The notes beneath the pieces were generated by a model. That model was given only the letters and a program-made list of their open reading frames with translations, was not told the DNA's origin and searched no databases. Position numbers and translations under genes: made by a program. DNA of 63,027 nt, filler included, from Choristocarpus tenellus KU-1152 (taxonomy: Eukaryota; Protista; Phaeophyceae): assembly GCA_964200185.2 (NCBI GenBank). It is 13 parts of 13 records of this genome, joined end to end, with 100 filler letters (N's around TTAATTAATTAA, not from the genome) between each part and the next. Parts side by side here need not be neighbours in the genome. Positions count along the whole stretch, not along the records: positions 41,992 to 49,202 come from CAXNAD020006525.1; positions 49,303 to 54,866 come from CAXNAD020010409.1; positions 54,967 to 60,346 come from CAXNAD020010973.1; positions 60,447 to 63,027 come from CAXNAD020026574.1; 9 more parts are not named here. The stretch is one strand, 5' to 3'. Shown here in pieces: positions 44,353-62,726 of this stretch; within the stretch, counting starts at the first letter, position 1, and the number at the start of each line of letters is the position of its first letter.

Positions 44353-47192
44353 TCAGATTGGTGTTGAAGAGTCAATACCTACGCACTTTGCACTGAGATC
44401 CCAGAGAAGTTTACCCTTCGTTGCATCCCTGGCCTCCACTGAGGCCTGCTGAGGTGCGAAGGCAGAGCTTGGTTTGCCAGGAGTTGTGGCAAAGAACTGC
44501 CCCCCAGGCACATGTTCAATGGAACTGTCCTGCGCCATTTGCACCAGGGTATTGCCTCCTTGACTAACAGAGGCAGCCACCTGGGAGCATGCCAATTCAA
44601 GGTACGACAGATTAATAATTGTTACTTTAGCTTGTCTTCCTGTTGTTGCACTTGGACACAATTCCGTTTTAGTTCGATCTAGAGTGGTTTTATCTCCGAG
44701 AGTGATCTCATCTCATTCTTAGCAATGCAAAAGCAAAAAACAAGGTGGGAGCCCTGAGGATGTGTTGCTATCATTTTGGTGAAGACTAAGGGTTTGAGCT
44801 AACATATTCTTGGTTGCGGAATTTCGGGTGAAAGGCATACAATAACTGTACCCCTCACTGACAGGGGGAAAAAAAAGGAAAAGCGCCACAAGAGTTGATG
44901 GTTTGCATCCTACATAGGCAGAACATCAAATTCCGAGTGATGGGAACCGACACTTTCAAGAAAATTAATTCTTTCACATACACACCAAAAAAGAAACACA
45001 AAGGGGGACAACGGACAAAACACACATACGTGGGTTGCAAGCAAGGAAGGAATACAACTGTGGCACAAAGCACGAGAAGGGCAAGGGAGGAATCAGAGAA
45101 AGGGTTGACAATACTATAAGAGAGGACCTTTGCACTTTCACAAATACCCTTAAGGATTGCAGTTGGATTGCCCTCATCACCACTGAGGAGTGTGCATTTC
45201 ATAGCATCACTCCTCTACCCCCAACCGCCACAAAACCACCACTGTTGTCACACTAGGACCTGACACCTTGAGAATATTGGTGGCCGCAAAGTCAAAGGCC
45301 TTAACGAACGCAGCATTTTGATTCCTGAACAGGCCAGTGCTTGTTATCAGCCCTGGCGAGAAGCAGTCGACCAAAACCCTGGAGCCTCTCAACGATAGCC
45401 GCCGCTGCGCCTCAAGTGTAAACAGGACATTGCACAACTTGGAGTCCTTGTCTTCTCCATACCACCACAACATAAATTAGGTCAGTGTGATACCAATTAC
45501 GTAAGAAAGGATGGGGGAAGAATCAGGGTTGCTGATGGAATTTGGTGGATGAGGAAAAATGAGGTGGGGTGGGTTGGAGGGGGATAGGGCAAGAGAGTGG
45601 GGATGATGCGTAAACACTCTTCCCATCTCTCCCTTTTTGTTTGTTTTCCTTATATTTCGTTTTGTTTCTTGGTTGTTTGTATATGTGTACGTTTCTTTGT
45701 GTATGTCTTCTCTCTTCCGTCGCTTGCTATTCCGATCACACAGCGAGTCCGCTCCTATCAAACAATAAAAAGAAGTGCCAAGTAAGAAAAAAAAAGATGG
45801 TTGAAGAAGGGTCTACGTAGGAAGTTTAAAGAGGGAGGGGCATGGCAGACGTGCCTGTTGATGAATCCGACAATAGCAAGACTGAAGGTGTACATAGAGG
45901 AGATGTTGCACGGTGAATGCATACTATAGGTTCAATGTGATCCGATCCAAGATTTTTCAAGCAGTGGGAAAAAGAGTAGAGTACTTCTCTATTTAAAAAA
46001 AAATGTCCTGTAACTGCAGGACTTGAATCTGGATAAAATCGTGTCACTATCATTTTCTTTAGTCCTGTCCTACCTCTTCAGGGTGTTCAATTTCGCTTTC
46101 CTGTGCTGAATGTAACCCCCTCAGAAGAACCCCACAACCTACACTTACCGATCACCTCTCACACACTCCCAGTGCGGACTGGGGTTGGATAGGTGAGCGG
46201 GTGGATGAGGGTGGGGGACTACAGCTGATGGGATAAAAAAGGAAGAGAGAATGTTACCTATGGAAGAAACCATGCAAACATTCAAATTGAGGGGCGACAT
46301 ACCCCACCAGCTACACAATAGGTGGGGAATACAAGGATCTGAAACGGAGAGAGGCATAAACAGGGTGCTATTTTGTCACTGATCAGGAGTGTGCCTGTAT
46401 CACTGGAGTACCAGCACAAGGGTACAAACTGTGGTACTGCAATAGGACACCAAGGGGCAAGGGGAGTACGGTGTAACAGCGGTGGAGCATCTTAATCCAA
46501 TCATTGGCACAACTTAAAGCAAAGGAGAGAGATACATACAATCAAGGAGGTGGTGAACTCTTCTCATTACTAGGAAATCAAATTTGATACTATATACTTC
46601 ACAACTACGTACTAGTACTTTACTGTATCAATGCGTGATGAGCTATGTTTTCCTGTAGTCAACTGTAGGGTGAAGCTGCGGGTTCCACCATCACATTGGT
46701 TTTCTTGATGTATTGACCTCTACTGAACCTTACACGGGGATGTATTTTATAGGCACACCCCAAAATCTCAGTAGTGATACACGAGTGCTACACAAAAGCA
46801 CAGAGCATAATCCGTAAGGGCAGCCAAGGAAAGGCACACACACAAATAGGAAGGGCTACAAAAAATAGTTATTAAATTTGTTCAGTAAAAGCATTGGACT
46901 TCACACGCACCCCAGTTTATTGAGCTAGGGGAAGCAGACACTGCACTTTTCAAATGTAATAATAGGGCCTATGCACATCTCTGCCATCAATTCAGGAGTG
47001 AACATAGGGTGTACTTCCAGCCTTGCAATGACTAAGCTAGTGTGTGAGATCGAGTGTCACCCTTACTCAGGGAGGTCTTAATTCTATTAACTACGTACAT
47101 GACTTGTCCCCATCGTACTCTCCCCCATCCACCATATCAAATCGCCCGGTCGTAAGATATGCCTCCAGACCACTGAGGTCTCCCAGAGTGGC
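44353..47192 (-). CDS. Short-chain dehydrogenase/reductase of the protochlorophyllide-oxidoreductase-like group, C-terminal half. Exons 47192-47099, 45451-45267, 44580-44353 (stop)
   Basis: ATLGDLSGL..FDMVDGGEYDGDKS / YKDSKLCNVLF..FSPGLITSTGLFRNQ / ..SVEARDATKGKLLWDLSAKCVGI. The catalytic YxxxK is built across a phase-1 intron; parallels POR motifs LGDLRGL, DG.FDG.KAYKDSK.CN, TGLFR, LW..S.KLVG. Confidence 0.85.
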
Positions 47193-49907
47193 CTATACAG
47201 CGAACAGCAAATTGTGTTTGATTGTGTGCCACATTAGAAGGGGTGGGGAAAGGTTGGGGCAGGGGCTTGAGCAGGTGCAACCTTTGCCAGACGGTTCAAC
47301 AACCGCATGCATATATAAAGAATGGCAAAAGAGCATATCTATACTTTTATCAATAGCACGCATGAATGTGTACCAGTTTCCGAGGTAGACGTCACCACAG
47401 TAGTACCTGTCTGTTGGACTCATATTCCACAGTGGCAATCTGTTAGGCTTAGATGGAAAAGACCAAACATGCACTTGATTGGTGCATAAACCTACTTCTT
47501 TGCCGGGTTGAGGTGGATAACTCTCCAATTTGACTTATATTGTCATGACCAGGCATGTCTGGCCCCCATCAGCACCTTCAACCATTTCGACTCTTGCAGG
47601 TCTAGGCCTACCACCAAAGTTACTGCCAAGATCCATGCCCAGAGGATCACTACAACAAAGTATACCCCGACAGGTACTTTCACACTACAGCGCCAGGCCT
47701 GACCCTGAGGTCACAGAGCTAGTTCTGGGGCCGCACGACCCACAACATTAGTAGTACTGATTGTGGGTTCAAGTCCGAGTTTACAGCATTCATTATAGAC
47801 CTGAACGTGGATCACAGTGCTAGTTATGGGGCGGCCGGTTTCTCCATTGGGGTCATCCTACTAATAGTGTTGCAACTGATCTAGGGCCCTGACAGTAGAT
47901 GGAAAGCACATCAAGGTTCACATCATAAGATCACAGCACGAGTCCCAAGTGAATCCTTGATTGCTTAAGGTTTCAGCTTGTCTACGGCACTCTTGGATTT
48001 CCTGAGGTCGTTTCCATGCCTGTAACTCCAAAAAGGGACTGGATTCGCACTGGGTCTGAGGTTCTTTAGAGATACAGGTAAGCATTTCAGCCTGTTGGTG
48101 AGAGGGACCTGCTCTGCACCAGAAAATACACGTATCCCAAGGTTTTGAACCCCTTCCCTCCTAAACTTCCATGTATGTAGTCCCAGGTAATATTTTCACC
48201 CACGCCAAATATCATGATACCACAAAAAACATGAAGGACCATGTAACCCGTCCATAAAAACCAAATAAAACATAGTATATATACTATACACAAGAACTCT
48301 TCTGCTTTCAACACCATTTGGAACAAACTGTAAAATATAAATTCTTCTACATTACATGCTCATGAGTGGGGGGGTATCTATCTGGGGCAATTCTTCGCAT
48401 CAGACCAAGAAATAATGTTTTCTCGAGTAGCAATCAGTAGTGTATGGGACTGGTGAGAAATGGGTGGGTATCTTGTGAGAAGTGGGGCAGAACGAAACAC
48501 TTTCAATTCCCCGCAAATCTATCCACAGCATCAATAGACTAGAGGAGGACAGAATAAACGACCAATGAGTAACATCTATATAATGCACGCCTCCTCAAGG
48601 AAGGTGACGTGAGCGTTTTTTTTCCCCACATAGTCATCTTGTTCAATTAGTATTATTGTTCTGAAGTATTGTAGCACTGTTCTGCTGACCTACGGCTAAC
48701 GAAGATAATCCTTTTTTCATTCCAATTTGAAAAACTTATAAGCCCCACACTACCAATTCACAGCGATACTTCAGTCTACTTTTCCAAAATTCAGAAGAGT
48801 TGCATTGTCCTTCGAAAAAAAATCTCAAACCGTGTTGTGGGTGAAGATAATGCCGTATCAGACAACTGCACAATTGCATATTGTAGTGTCTGAAGTATAA
48901 ATGTTACTAACATTAATGGTATTAGTATTAATATTAGTAACATTAGAATATCAAATAAAATGTATCATATCAATGGTATCAGTATTAATGCTATTAACAC
49001 TAGAGTATCAAATAAAATTTGTAGTATCAATGTTATTAGAATTAATGCTATGAACATAGAATATAAAATAAAAAGTAGTACCATGAACAAGAAAAACACG
49101 TTGCGCGAATTGTGCCTACCTTGGTTCAAAACACAAAATACCAAAGGCTCAAAGTATCTGGGGGGGGGGGGTGGCAGCTGTCCATTTGGGAACAATTTTT
49201 TCNNNNNNNNNNNNNNNNNNNNNNNNNNNNNNNNNNNNNNNNNNNNTTAATTAATTAANNNNNNNNNNNNNNNNNNNNNNNNNNNNNNNNNNNNNNNNNN
49301 NNCGTTTTTACGTTCCTCTTTTTTTTTTTTTTTTTTTTTTTTTATTTTTTTTTTTTTTTTATTTTTATTTTCGTAGGTAATTTCTTTTTTTTTTTTTTTT
49401 CAAGAAAGTGAGTGAAACCCCGTAGCTTCTCTTACCCTTGCTTCTCTTCGGGTAAGAGAATATACTCCTTTATAACTGTGTACTCTATTGAATGGAAAGT
49501 GGTATCGACGGCAGGAAAGTGTCCTCGATTGTAAATCATGAATCACGAACCATCTCTCTCTGCGTAAGGCTATAAACAAGAAGATCTGTCAGTGAAGTTG
49601 TCGCATTCGTTTTTTGTCCTGCCCAGTGCTGGTTGGAAGATCTGAGTGTGCGTGTCGGGTGTATGAACTGCTTTGTCTCTCTCTCTCTCTCTCTCTCTCT
49701 TTTTCCTATGTCCAGATTATTTTGTTTTTGCCTGTGAACACCAGCAATCTGTTTTCATGAAACGTGAGACTTTCATTTTTTTTGTTTACATACACACTAC
49801 TACTGTTGCCATCGCTCTTTCTGCTGTTTTTTTTATTTATTATTGTTTTTTATTGTTTGTATTATTAACGCTCGTATTATCGTTCTCGTTATTTTTATCA
49901 CTGTTGG

Positions 49908-49940
<33 letters not shown>

Positions 49941-49998
49941 CATCACTAGCGTCGTTGATTTTTATTTTTACTATTGTTTGCGTTACGTTACGCCTTGA

Positions 49999-50150
49999 TA
50001 CCATTATAGATTTGATTGTTAGTGAGCATGTCGAGCAATCAAATCTATAATGGTAGCGATTATAATCAAATCTATAATGGTAGCGATTATAATCAAATCT
50101 ATAATGATAGCGATTATAATCAAATCTATAATGGTAGCGATTATAATCAA
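49999..50150. repeat. 27-bp minisatellite (4.2 copies, 50037-50150) preceded by an inverted partial copy
   Basis: Unit AATCAAATCTATAATGGTAGCGATTAT; 49999-50018 is the exact reverse complement of 50036-50055. Confidence 0.9.
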
Positions 50151-51316
50151 GCAGCTGTACTAAGAAATAACATGTCGGAGCCCCGATAAAGAAGCACTAG
50201 TACATCTCTATTATTTTGGTTCTCAACGGCGATCAAGTCAAGTATGAATAAAAAATATATACTTTTTTTTTTCTTTCTGATATGTCAAAGAGCCACCTGT
50301 AGTGCAGGTGGGGCAGCAGCATCGTGTGCTCTCTTTTTCAGTTCGCGCCCTTGGTTTGAATCTTTCTTGTCAGGCCGATCAGGCCTTCCTTCTTATTATG
50401 AAACCCTGTGCAGTGAGAGTGTCTGAGGAAGACAGGGAGTTTTATTTACCTTTGAGAGATAGGGAGTGGCTCGAGAGATGATGGTGTCCCTTTTTTTTTT
50501 TATTGAAAACACCTTTTGCCGTTGAAAATGTTTGTATTTGTGTATCCACACGTGGTTTACCGGGTGGATCTTGAATAGGAAGCTAATTTGTGGATTGCTT
50601 CATACATCCAAAGGTGTTAGTAGTAGGCAGTGACTTTCTCATTCAACCCTAAGCCTCAATATTGCTGACTTTCTATGTCTTTGCTGTGTCTTGCACATGG
50701 ATGATAGAGACGGATAGATCCTATTGGCTGAGGGTGGTGTAGAGATTTGTCCCATTGGTTAAAGTTTTCCTGTTCAGAAAATTTCCCCCACCGTTTTCAT
50801 GTTTAGATTTACTCAAAGCGTTTTCCACATCAAATTAATGTCGTAACCAGTGCCAGCACAGCTTCAGCTTTAGCTATGTGAATGCTATAATCACTATTAT
50901 TCTTTTTGTCATAATTACTATTGTTCTTAATTATCGATGTTTCTACTTTGTCATAATTACTGTTATTCTTTTGTTGTCATTTTTACTAGTATTCTTATTA
51001 TTATTACAATTACTACTATTTGTTGTTCTTGTTACCATTTTTGTTACCATTAACATTTTTGTTACTTTTATTATCATTATCATCAACATCTTATCTTTGC
51101 TTTGGTAAGGGGACTACATTGACCTGTGGTCCGAGGCCCTATACACCACAGGACTTCTTCTCATTCTAGGGTTCTAGGGTATATATACTGTACTACTAAT
51201 GAAAATATCACCTACTGTTGCACTACAATGTTAGTGCCAATATACAAATAATTTCACCCATCTATGTCTCTTGGTGCCTTCCTTGCAGATACTACATGTA
51301 CCTCACTGACCCCTTT

Positions 51317-51562
51317 GCTCACCCATCATCATTTGATGACCCTAACCCTAACCCTAGCTCCAACTCCCCTGTCTCCACTCACCCATCATCACTCACTGAT
51401 CCTAACCCTAGCCCTAACCCTAGCACCAACTCCCCTGCCTCCACTCACCTATCATCACTCACTGATCCTAACCCTAGCCCTAACCCTAGCACCAACTCCC
51501 CTGTGTCCACTCACCCATCATCACTCACTGATCCTATCTCTAACCCTAACCCTAACCCTAAA
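51317..51562. repeat. 60-66-bp minisatellite with embedded CCCTAA telomere-like repeats
   Basis: Units at 51341-51400, 51401-51466, 51467-51532. Confidence 0.9.
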
Positions 51563-51610
51563 TCCCCCGGTCCTGTCCCTTTGTGGGAACAACACAATCA
51601 ATACCAACAG

Positions 51611-52585
51611 GCGGCCAAGGCACTTGGACAGATATCCCACCTGTGGGTTTCGTCTAATGTGGTCTATGTCAAAGAATTGGTGGAACGCGGTTTGGAGGTG
51701 AGTTAATAAGAATATTATTTTTTATATGCACTGGCTCTAAAAAATATCATCAACCCTTTTGCACGTGGGGATGGTTAGTCAGAATTTCTCTCACACACAG
51801 AGTGGCACCGCCATTTGGAAAAAAAAGTCCCTTCTGGAAATGTACAGGAAGGTGTGTTTTTAGCATTTCTCAAGTGTCTTCTTGATATGCACAACCTTGC
51901 CTACCTCTTTTTGATCTAGTTTTGGGTCTTCTTTTGCATGCGATTCTCCGATGTCAGAACATTGAAATAGTAGTAGCAATAAGAATAGTAATAATGCAGT
52001 GGGACTTTTAAAAATATATCTGTGTGTGTGTGTGTGTGTGTTGCTGTGGTAAAACCAAGAAGTTTGAGAGTAATTTGAAGCGATTAAAATTCTGTACCAA
52101 TAATGATGATATTAATAATATTTTAATCAGTGTAGTAATATAGTACTGTTAGAATACAGTGAAGTATACCGATGACCTACTTCAAGGCTTACACTATTTT
52201 TGAGAGTTGGAAGGTACAGAGTGTAGCATCTCGGGTGCAAATATATTTTTATACATGTATACATAGAGAGAGAGAGAGAGAGAGAGTGCTCTTTCTTTTT
52301 CTTTTTTTTAATAATTTTGAAAAAAAACAAAACATTACAGGATCTTTGTAACGACCAGTGGCATCGGCGCCTGGCGGCATGCTTGGTCCTGCGAGAGCTG
52401 GCTGTAAACGCCTTCAATGCAGTGAACGCCCGTATGAGATCCTTCTTGGACGAGAAGACTGGGGTGCTCCCCGTGGTTCAGGACGCTCGATTGGTGCTGA
52501 GGGAAAATGCAGCAGAGGCAGTGGATGTTTGTCTGTTGATGCTGGCGAAGAGATCTCACCGCAATATCCTCACATGGTGGGTACA

Positions 52586-52633
<48 letters not shown>

Positions 52634-52676
52634 GGGGGTTGGTGGGGGGGGGGGGGGGGGGGGGGCCCCCAGGGGG

Positions 52677-52720
<44 letters not shown>

Positions 52721-53853
52721 GTTGGAGGGTTGGGTGGGTAGAAGGAAGTTTTGTAGATGGAGAGAGGCGTGATTGGTGTGTTAGAGGTACTACTGCTGGT
52801 GGTGCGGTGTACTGATTTTTTGTTTTTGTTTTTGTGTTGTTGTTGTTGTTGTTGTGCTGCGTCCTATTCATTACTATTTGTGTATTTGTAGGTGGGTTTG
52901 CTTGTGCTCAACAAGGCACAGTTCAGTGTGAATTCAATTGCGTTGTATGAGATAAAGGGCTCTCTGTGGCTATTGTATATGTCTTGTTTAATGAAGTATG
53001 ACTGTGCTATGGTGGTGTCAATTGTGAAGACATGTTTTGGGTTGGAATCAGGGTTGGGGTTGGGGTTAGGGTTGGGGTTTCACATTTTTATTACCAGTTT
53101 TGCAAGGTTGAAGCTTTTTCTTTTTTTTTGATAGTGTGTACGGTCTGGTTTTGATCTACCATCACCTACTCTAGTTTTGTGAGGACAGTATTATCATAAC
53201 CTCACCATTATCAGTTGGTGGTGAATGCACTAGCCTCTTTGTCCTCCCAGTTTGCTGTCCTACCTACCCACCCCCCTTCATAAACAGGTCAATATCTTCC
53301 TCTCACCTTTTTAGCACTTCCCCTACCAATATCGGAACCTACTCTCTACCTCGAGCGCCTTCCTCATCTAACGAACTCCCTGTAGATGCCACCTGAGCTC
53401 TCTATATGTTCCACCCCAAACAACTCCCGCTGTCCTCTGACCCAATCGGTTCCCTTTCAAAAAACGCCATCCCAAGTTCCTTCAAAACATATTATTATTA
53501 TTATTATTATTATTTTTCCACTCCCACAACTTTGTCTTGATCAGACACACCATACATTCCATTTTTTATAATACGTGTACATACATATTTTTCCTCTGAT
53601 CTATTTTTTTAAAGATACATACATATATATATATATTTCATTAAAACCATTTTTTTTCAATTAAAAAAAAAAATCCCAGGCACGTCTTGATATATGACCA
53701 CCTCCTGCTGGGCATGAAGAGTGGGAACGAGGCCGATGCTCACGGCGCAATCCTATTGGTCGGATCGCTCCTCCGACACAGTGGTAACTTTCTGATGCCC
53801 AGGTTCATTGAAGTGTGCGATGCAGTCATGTCTCTCAAGGAAAGCAGCAGCAG
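51611..53853 (+). CDS. TOR: Target of rapamycin kinase, N-terminal HEAT region. Exons 51611-51697, 52341-52576, 53680-53853
   Basis: AAKALGQI..YVKELVERGLE / RRLAACLVLRELA..VQDARLVLRENAAEAV..CL / AHGAILLVGSLLRHSGNFLMPRFIEVCDAV; collinear with the TOR N-terminus (RRHAAVLVLRELA; HGSLL.VGELLR..GEFM..R..EV). Confidence 0.9.
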
Positions 53854-54443
53854 GTAGATACACTTTTACATTCATGTGTGTGGATGTAGGTGTCCCTAAT
53901 ACTATACCCTGACGTTTTGACCCCTCTGTTCTTGTGTTGTCCTGACCCTAGAAATAAGCTTCTATATATCCTCTTACTTACTAGTTCCTATTCATATGTA
54001 TACATATATATATACATATGTGTGTGTGTGCGTGTATATAGCCCTAACCCTAGAAATTTCACTTCTGTATCGCCTCGAGCTTATTTCACCTCCTTTTTTT
54101 CATCTGTATATAGCCTTAACCCTTAGATTTTCATCCCTGCTTATCGTCGATCTTATATTTTTCTTTATTTTCAAGTCTCTACACGTCCATTCTCCAACAG
54201 CCCCTAGATTTTGAAGTCTTCTGTAACGGTCATAGCCATAGCTCTTATGTTACATTCAAAATAGCGATATAGAACCTCTACAGATTTGTGTTGAAAGTGA
54301 CAGCTCGAGATTGGCTACCTATCGTCCATGCTTTCAAAATATCATGTTCAGATTTACCATTGCCGTCAATATGTTGTAGTCCTCTTTTCTAAACCTGAAC
54401 CCTAACCCTAATCCTAACCCTACCCTCTCGGGACATAACCATA

Positions 54444-54715
54444 GAGCCAGAGTATCTTTTAGAGGGTAGAGCCGTGTCCATTTTTGGGGTCAAAATCCAA
54501 TGTTGCGATTTTGATGTAATTTTGATGTAATTTGGCTATTGCATTTGTTGGGAAGTGTCAATATACTTGTTCTGGACACACCTTTTCATAACGGATACAT
54601 TTTACTTACTCCGAAATATTTTTGAGTAGGAAGATGTCATAAAAAAACCCAACGGAAGCCAAGCTCCAGATGGACAAACAGGGAAAAATTTGTTCCCTCT
54701 AAGATACTTTCACTC
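54444..54715 (+). mobile_element. MITE family 1 copy, TSD ATA, presumably within a TOR intron
   Basis: TIRs present; ATA at 54441-54443 and 54716-54718. Confidence 0.9.
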
Positions 54716-55085
54716 ATATCCCTGTATCCCCACAGCATCATGATTGATAGGAGCTCCCTCCTATACCCCCCCCCCTAACTCTCCCTGCGGTTTATCGTAT
54801 CTGTTTTTTTTTCCTTTTTTTTTATAAATATTTAATTAAACACACACATACATATATATTTATATANNNNNNNNNNNNNNNNNNNNNNNNNNNNNNNNNN
54901 NNNNNNNNNNTTAATTAATTAANNNNNNNNNNNNNNNNNNNNNNNNNNNNNNNNNNNNNNNNNNNNTTTTTTGGTTTTTTTTTTTTTTTGTTTGTGGTTG
55001 GGTGTTTGTTGGGGGGGGGGGGTGTGGTGGGGGGGGGGGGGGGGTGGGGTGTTACGGTATGATTAACTCGCGTTGTTTGTGGCAG

Positions 55086-60121
<5,036 letters not shown>

Positions 60122-60958
60122 GTGGGTACGCATGCAAGTTAGCACAACAATAGGGGGTTTGGTTGTTACGGCATTGTGATGCCACTGCAATGCTTAGGTG
60201 ATAGTCCGGAGCGAGATGAGTGACCTGGTGGTATATTTGTATCTCAACATCTTAAGAGCTGGGGGGGGGGGGGGGGGGGGGGGGGGGGGAAAAGGGGCCT
60301 GGGGTGGAGGGGAAGGGCACCGTTGTAAACCCAACCCCCCCAAGAANNNNNNNNNNNNNNNNNNNNNNNNNNNNNNNNNNNNNNNNNNNNTTAATTAATT
60401 AANNNNNNNNNNNNNNNNNNNNNNNNNNNNNNNNNNNNNNNNNNNNCCGCATGTAGAGATGGAATGGAAAGGGGAGGGAGGGTGGGTACAGATGTTTCAA
60501 CTGTTTCTTTGAAACCTAGTGGTGGTACTAGAGTAACCTGCTAATATTTTAGATGTATCTGGACATGGTGCGTGGAGGTACGGAATCGAATCTTTTTCAG
60601 CGTGAGGAGTAAGCGGTGTTTTTGTTTGTTTGTTTGTGTTTTTGTTTGTTTGTTTGTTTGTTTGTTTGTTGTTGTGAGCAATGAATGGCGTATTAAGATG
60701 TGGGTTCTTCTTGTGTGTGCTGCATCTTTTACTGTGAAGGCCAGCGTTATTCTTGTTTGCTCCAGAGCTTGCTCCAGAGCTTGCTCCAGAGCTTGCTCCT
60801 GAGTCATGGTACTTACTTGAATCAAGCTAGGGTTTAATAATGTTGCTAGTTCAGCAATTTTTAAATTGATGCATGTTTTGAGATTGTGATTGCTTTCCCC
60901 CTATCCCCTCAATATATGTTTTGAAATTATGATTGCTTTCCCACTATCTCCATCCCCT

Positions 60959-60997
<39 letters not shown>

Positions 60998-61023
60998 ACT
61001 AACCCCTATCCTTAATCTCTAAG

Positions 61024-61130
61024 AAATCGGAGGAGTTGAAGGAGCTGTTGGAAACAGCATTGAAGAATCAAAAGGAGAATTTGATTGAGCGCTGGGGGGA
61101 GGATACAGACGAGGAGAAGCGTATTGATGG
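61024..61130 (+). CDS. Probable isolated exon of an unidentified protein
   Basis: AG..GT-bounded open frame KSEELKELLETALKNQKENLIERWGEDTDEEKRID within low-complexity intron-like DNA. Confidence 0.4.
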
Positions 61131-61237
61131 GTGAGAAGCAGAAAATAAAGAAAGAGATGTGCACTTTTGCTTTTCTTTTAGTGTTGTATTTACACTATGG
61201 GAGTGGGGTTGAGGGGGAGAGGGGGGGGGGGGGGGGT

Positions 61238-61275
<38 letters not shown>

Positions 61276-62099
61276 TCAACATAAGCATGAGTGGTTCTAG
61301 GGCAGTCAGAGAGGGGAGTGTTGTGTTTCTGCTGACTGAATTGTGCCTGTAGTTTTCTTGCAGTGGAGGCACCTTTTTTTTTTGTTCTGTGTATTTATTT
61401 TATTTTCCAGTATGTTATTTTTATTTATGTCCATTTTTTTTTTATTCATTTTTTGTCGCTAGAACACGATCGTCCTCTTGGGGTCCGACCGACCGACTCC
61501 TCATGTGCCCGAGGTCTAGAGTCGAGAGGTCTCTGCATCCGTCTCGTGTGTCTGTTCGTGCGTCTGTTCGTGCGTCTGTCTGTCTGCGTGTCACCAGCGC
61601 TCGTCCTCGTGCGTATGTGCTCCCATCCGTTCTGATACCGAAAAAAAAATATTTTTCTCCAAAAGTAGAATAAAAAAATAAAAAAATAGGAGCGTGTTTA
61701 AAAAAAAAAAATGGGAAAAAAAACGCCCCCACGGATTTGGGCCGTCTTGAACCGGCTCCATCTCACCGCTGTCGGTGACTCTCTTCCGCAAGTGTGTCTC
61801 TCCTCGCTATCTCACACCTCGTGCGTTCATGTCCCCGGTACTGACTATCATGTGCGAGTGTGTGCTCACGCTGACGGCGCGTGCCTCCCACGAGACTTGT
61901 TGACTCTGTCTTGCCCTGGCTCTAACCAGGTCTGTATCACAGGTTTTGTTTTTGGACCTGTTGCTTGTACAGTGGTTCGTCATCTACGATATCGTGCGTC
62001 TGTTCGCTGTCTCGCTGTCTTTGCTGTCTTTGCTGTCTTTGCTGTCTGTGCTGTCTCGTGCGTTCTAAGAAGAAGGTTCCGTGAACGCTCAACGGTATC

Positions 62100-62148
<49 letters not shown>

Positions 62149-62273
62149 CTTTCTTTCCCGGAAACTTTCCCCTTTTTCCTTTTTTTGGAATTTTCTCAAA
62201 AACNNNNNNNNNNTTTTGTTGTTTTTTGTTTCTGTGTTTTTGTGTGTTTTCTGGGTGTGTGGTTCTGTGTTCG

Positions 62274-62318
<45 letters not shown>

Positions 62319-62389
62319 CCCAGCGTGGTTTTGCCGTCCAATCCGGAAAATCTCCCACTTTTCCCTGTCTTGGAAGTTGACGACAACAC

Positions 62390-62542
62390 GTGTATGTGAA
62401 TAGGTACATAAGTGTATGTGAACAGGGGTATGTGAATAGGTACATAAGTGTATGTGAACAGGTACATAAGTGTATGTGAATAGGTACATAAGTGTATGTG
62501 AACAGGTACATAAGTGTATGTGAATAGGTACATAAGTGTATG
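62390..62542. repeat. 22-bp minisatellite GTGTATGTGAA(T/C)AGGTACATAA, ~7 copies
   Basis: Direct tandem repetition with one truncated unit. Confidence 0.92.
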
Positions 62543-62679
62543 AATATTTTTGCGCACACTGTGAACGGTTTTCAGGGTTTTACTTCTGTCTGTAGTTTTT
62601 TTTTTTTAACATGAATTTGGTTAGGTATTTCTGACCAATGGTGTCTTTGCATGCTAATTCGATTCGTTCCTCTTTTAAC

Positions 62680-62726
<47 letters not shown>

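Noticed and set aside
51218-51600. Pro/Ser/Asn-rich 162-aa ORF running into the TOR exon
   Set aside because: The upstream part is a telomere-like minisatellite; TOR similarity starts at the acceptor at 51610.
52335-52871. Poly-Pro and poly-Gly ORFs (extensin or formin-like)
   Set aside because: They are translations of an intronic G homopolymer.
61711-62559. Long poly-Phe/poly-Lys ORFs
   Set aside because: They come from T homopolymers, an N gap and a minisatellite.
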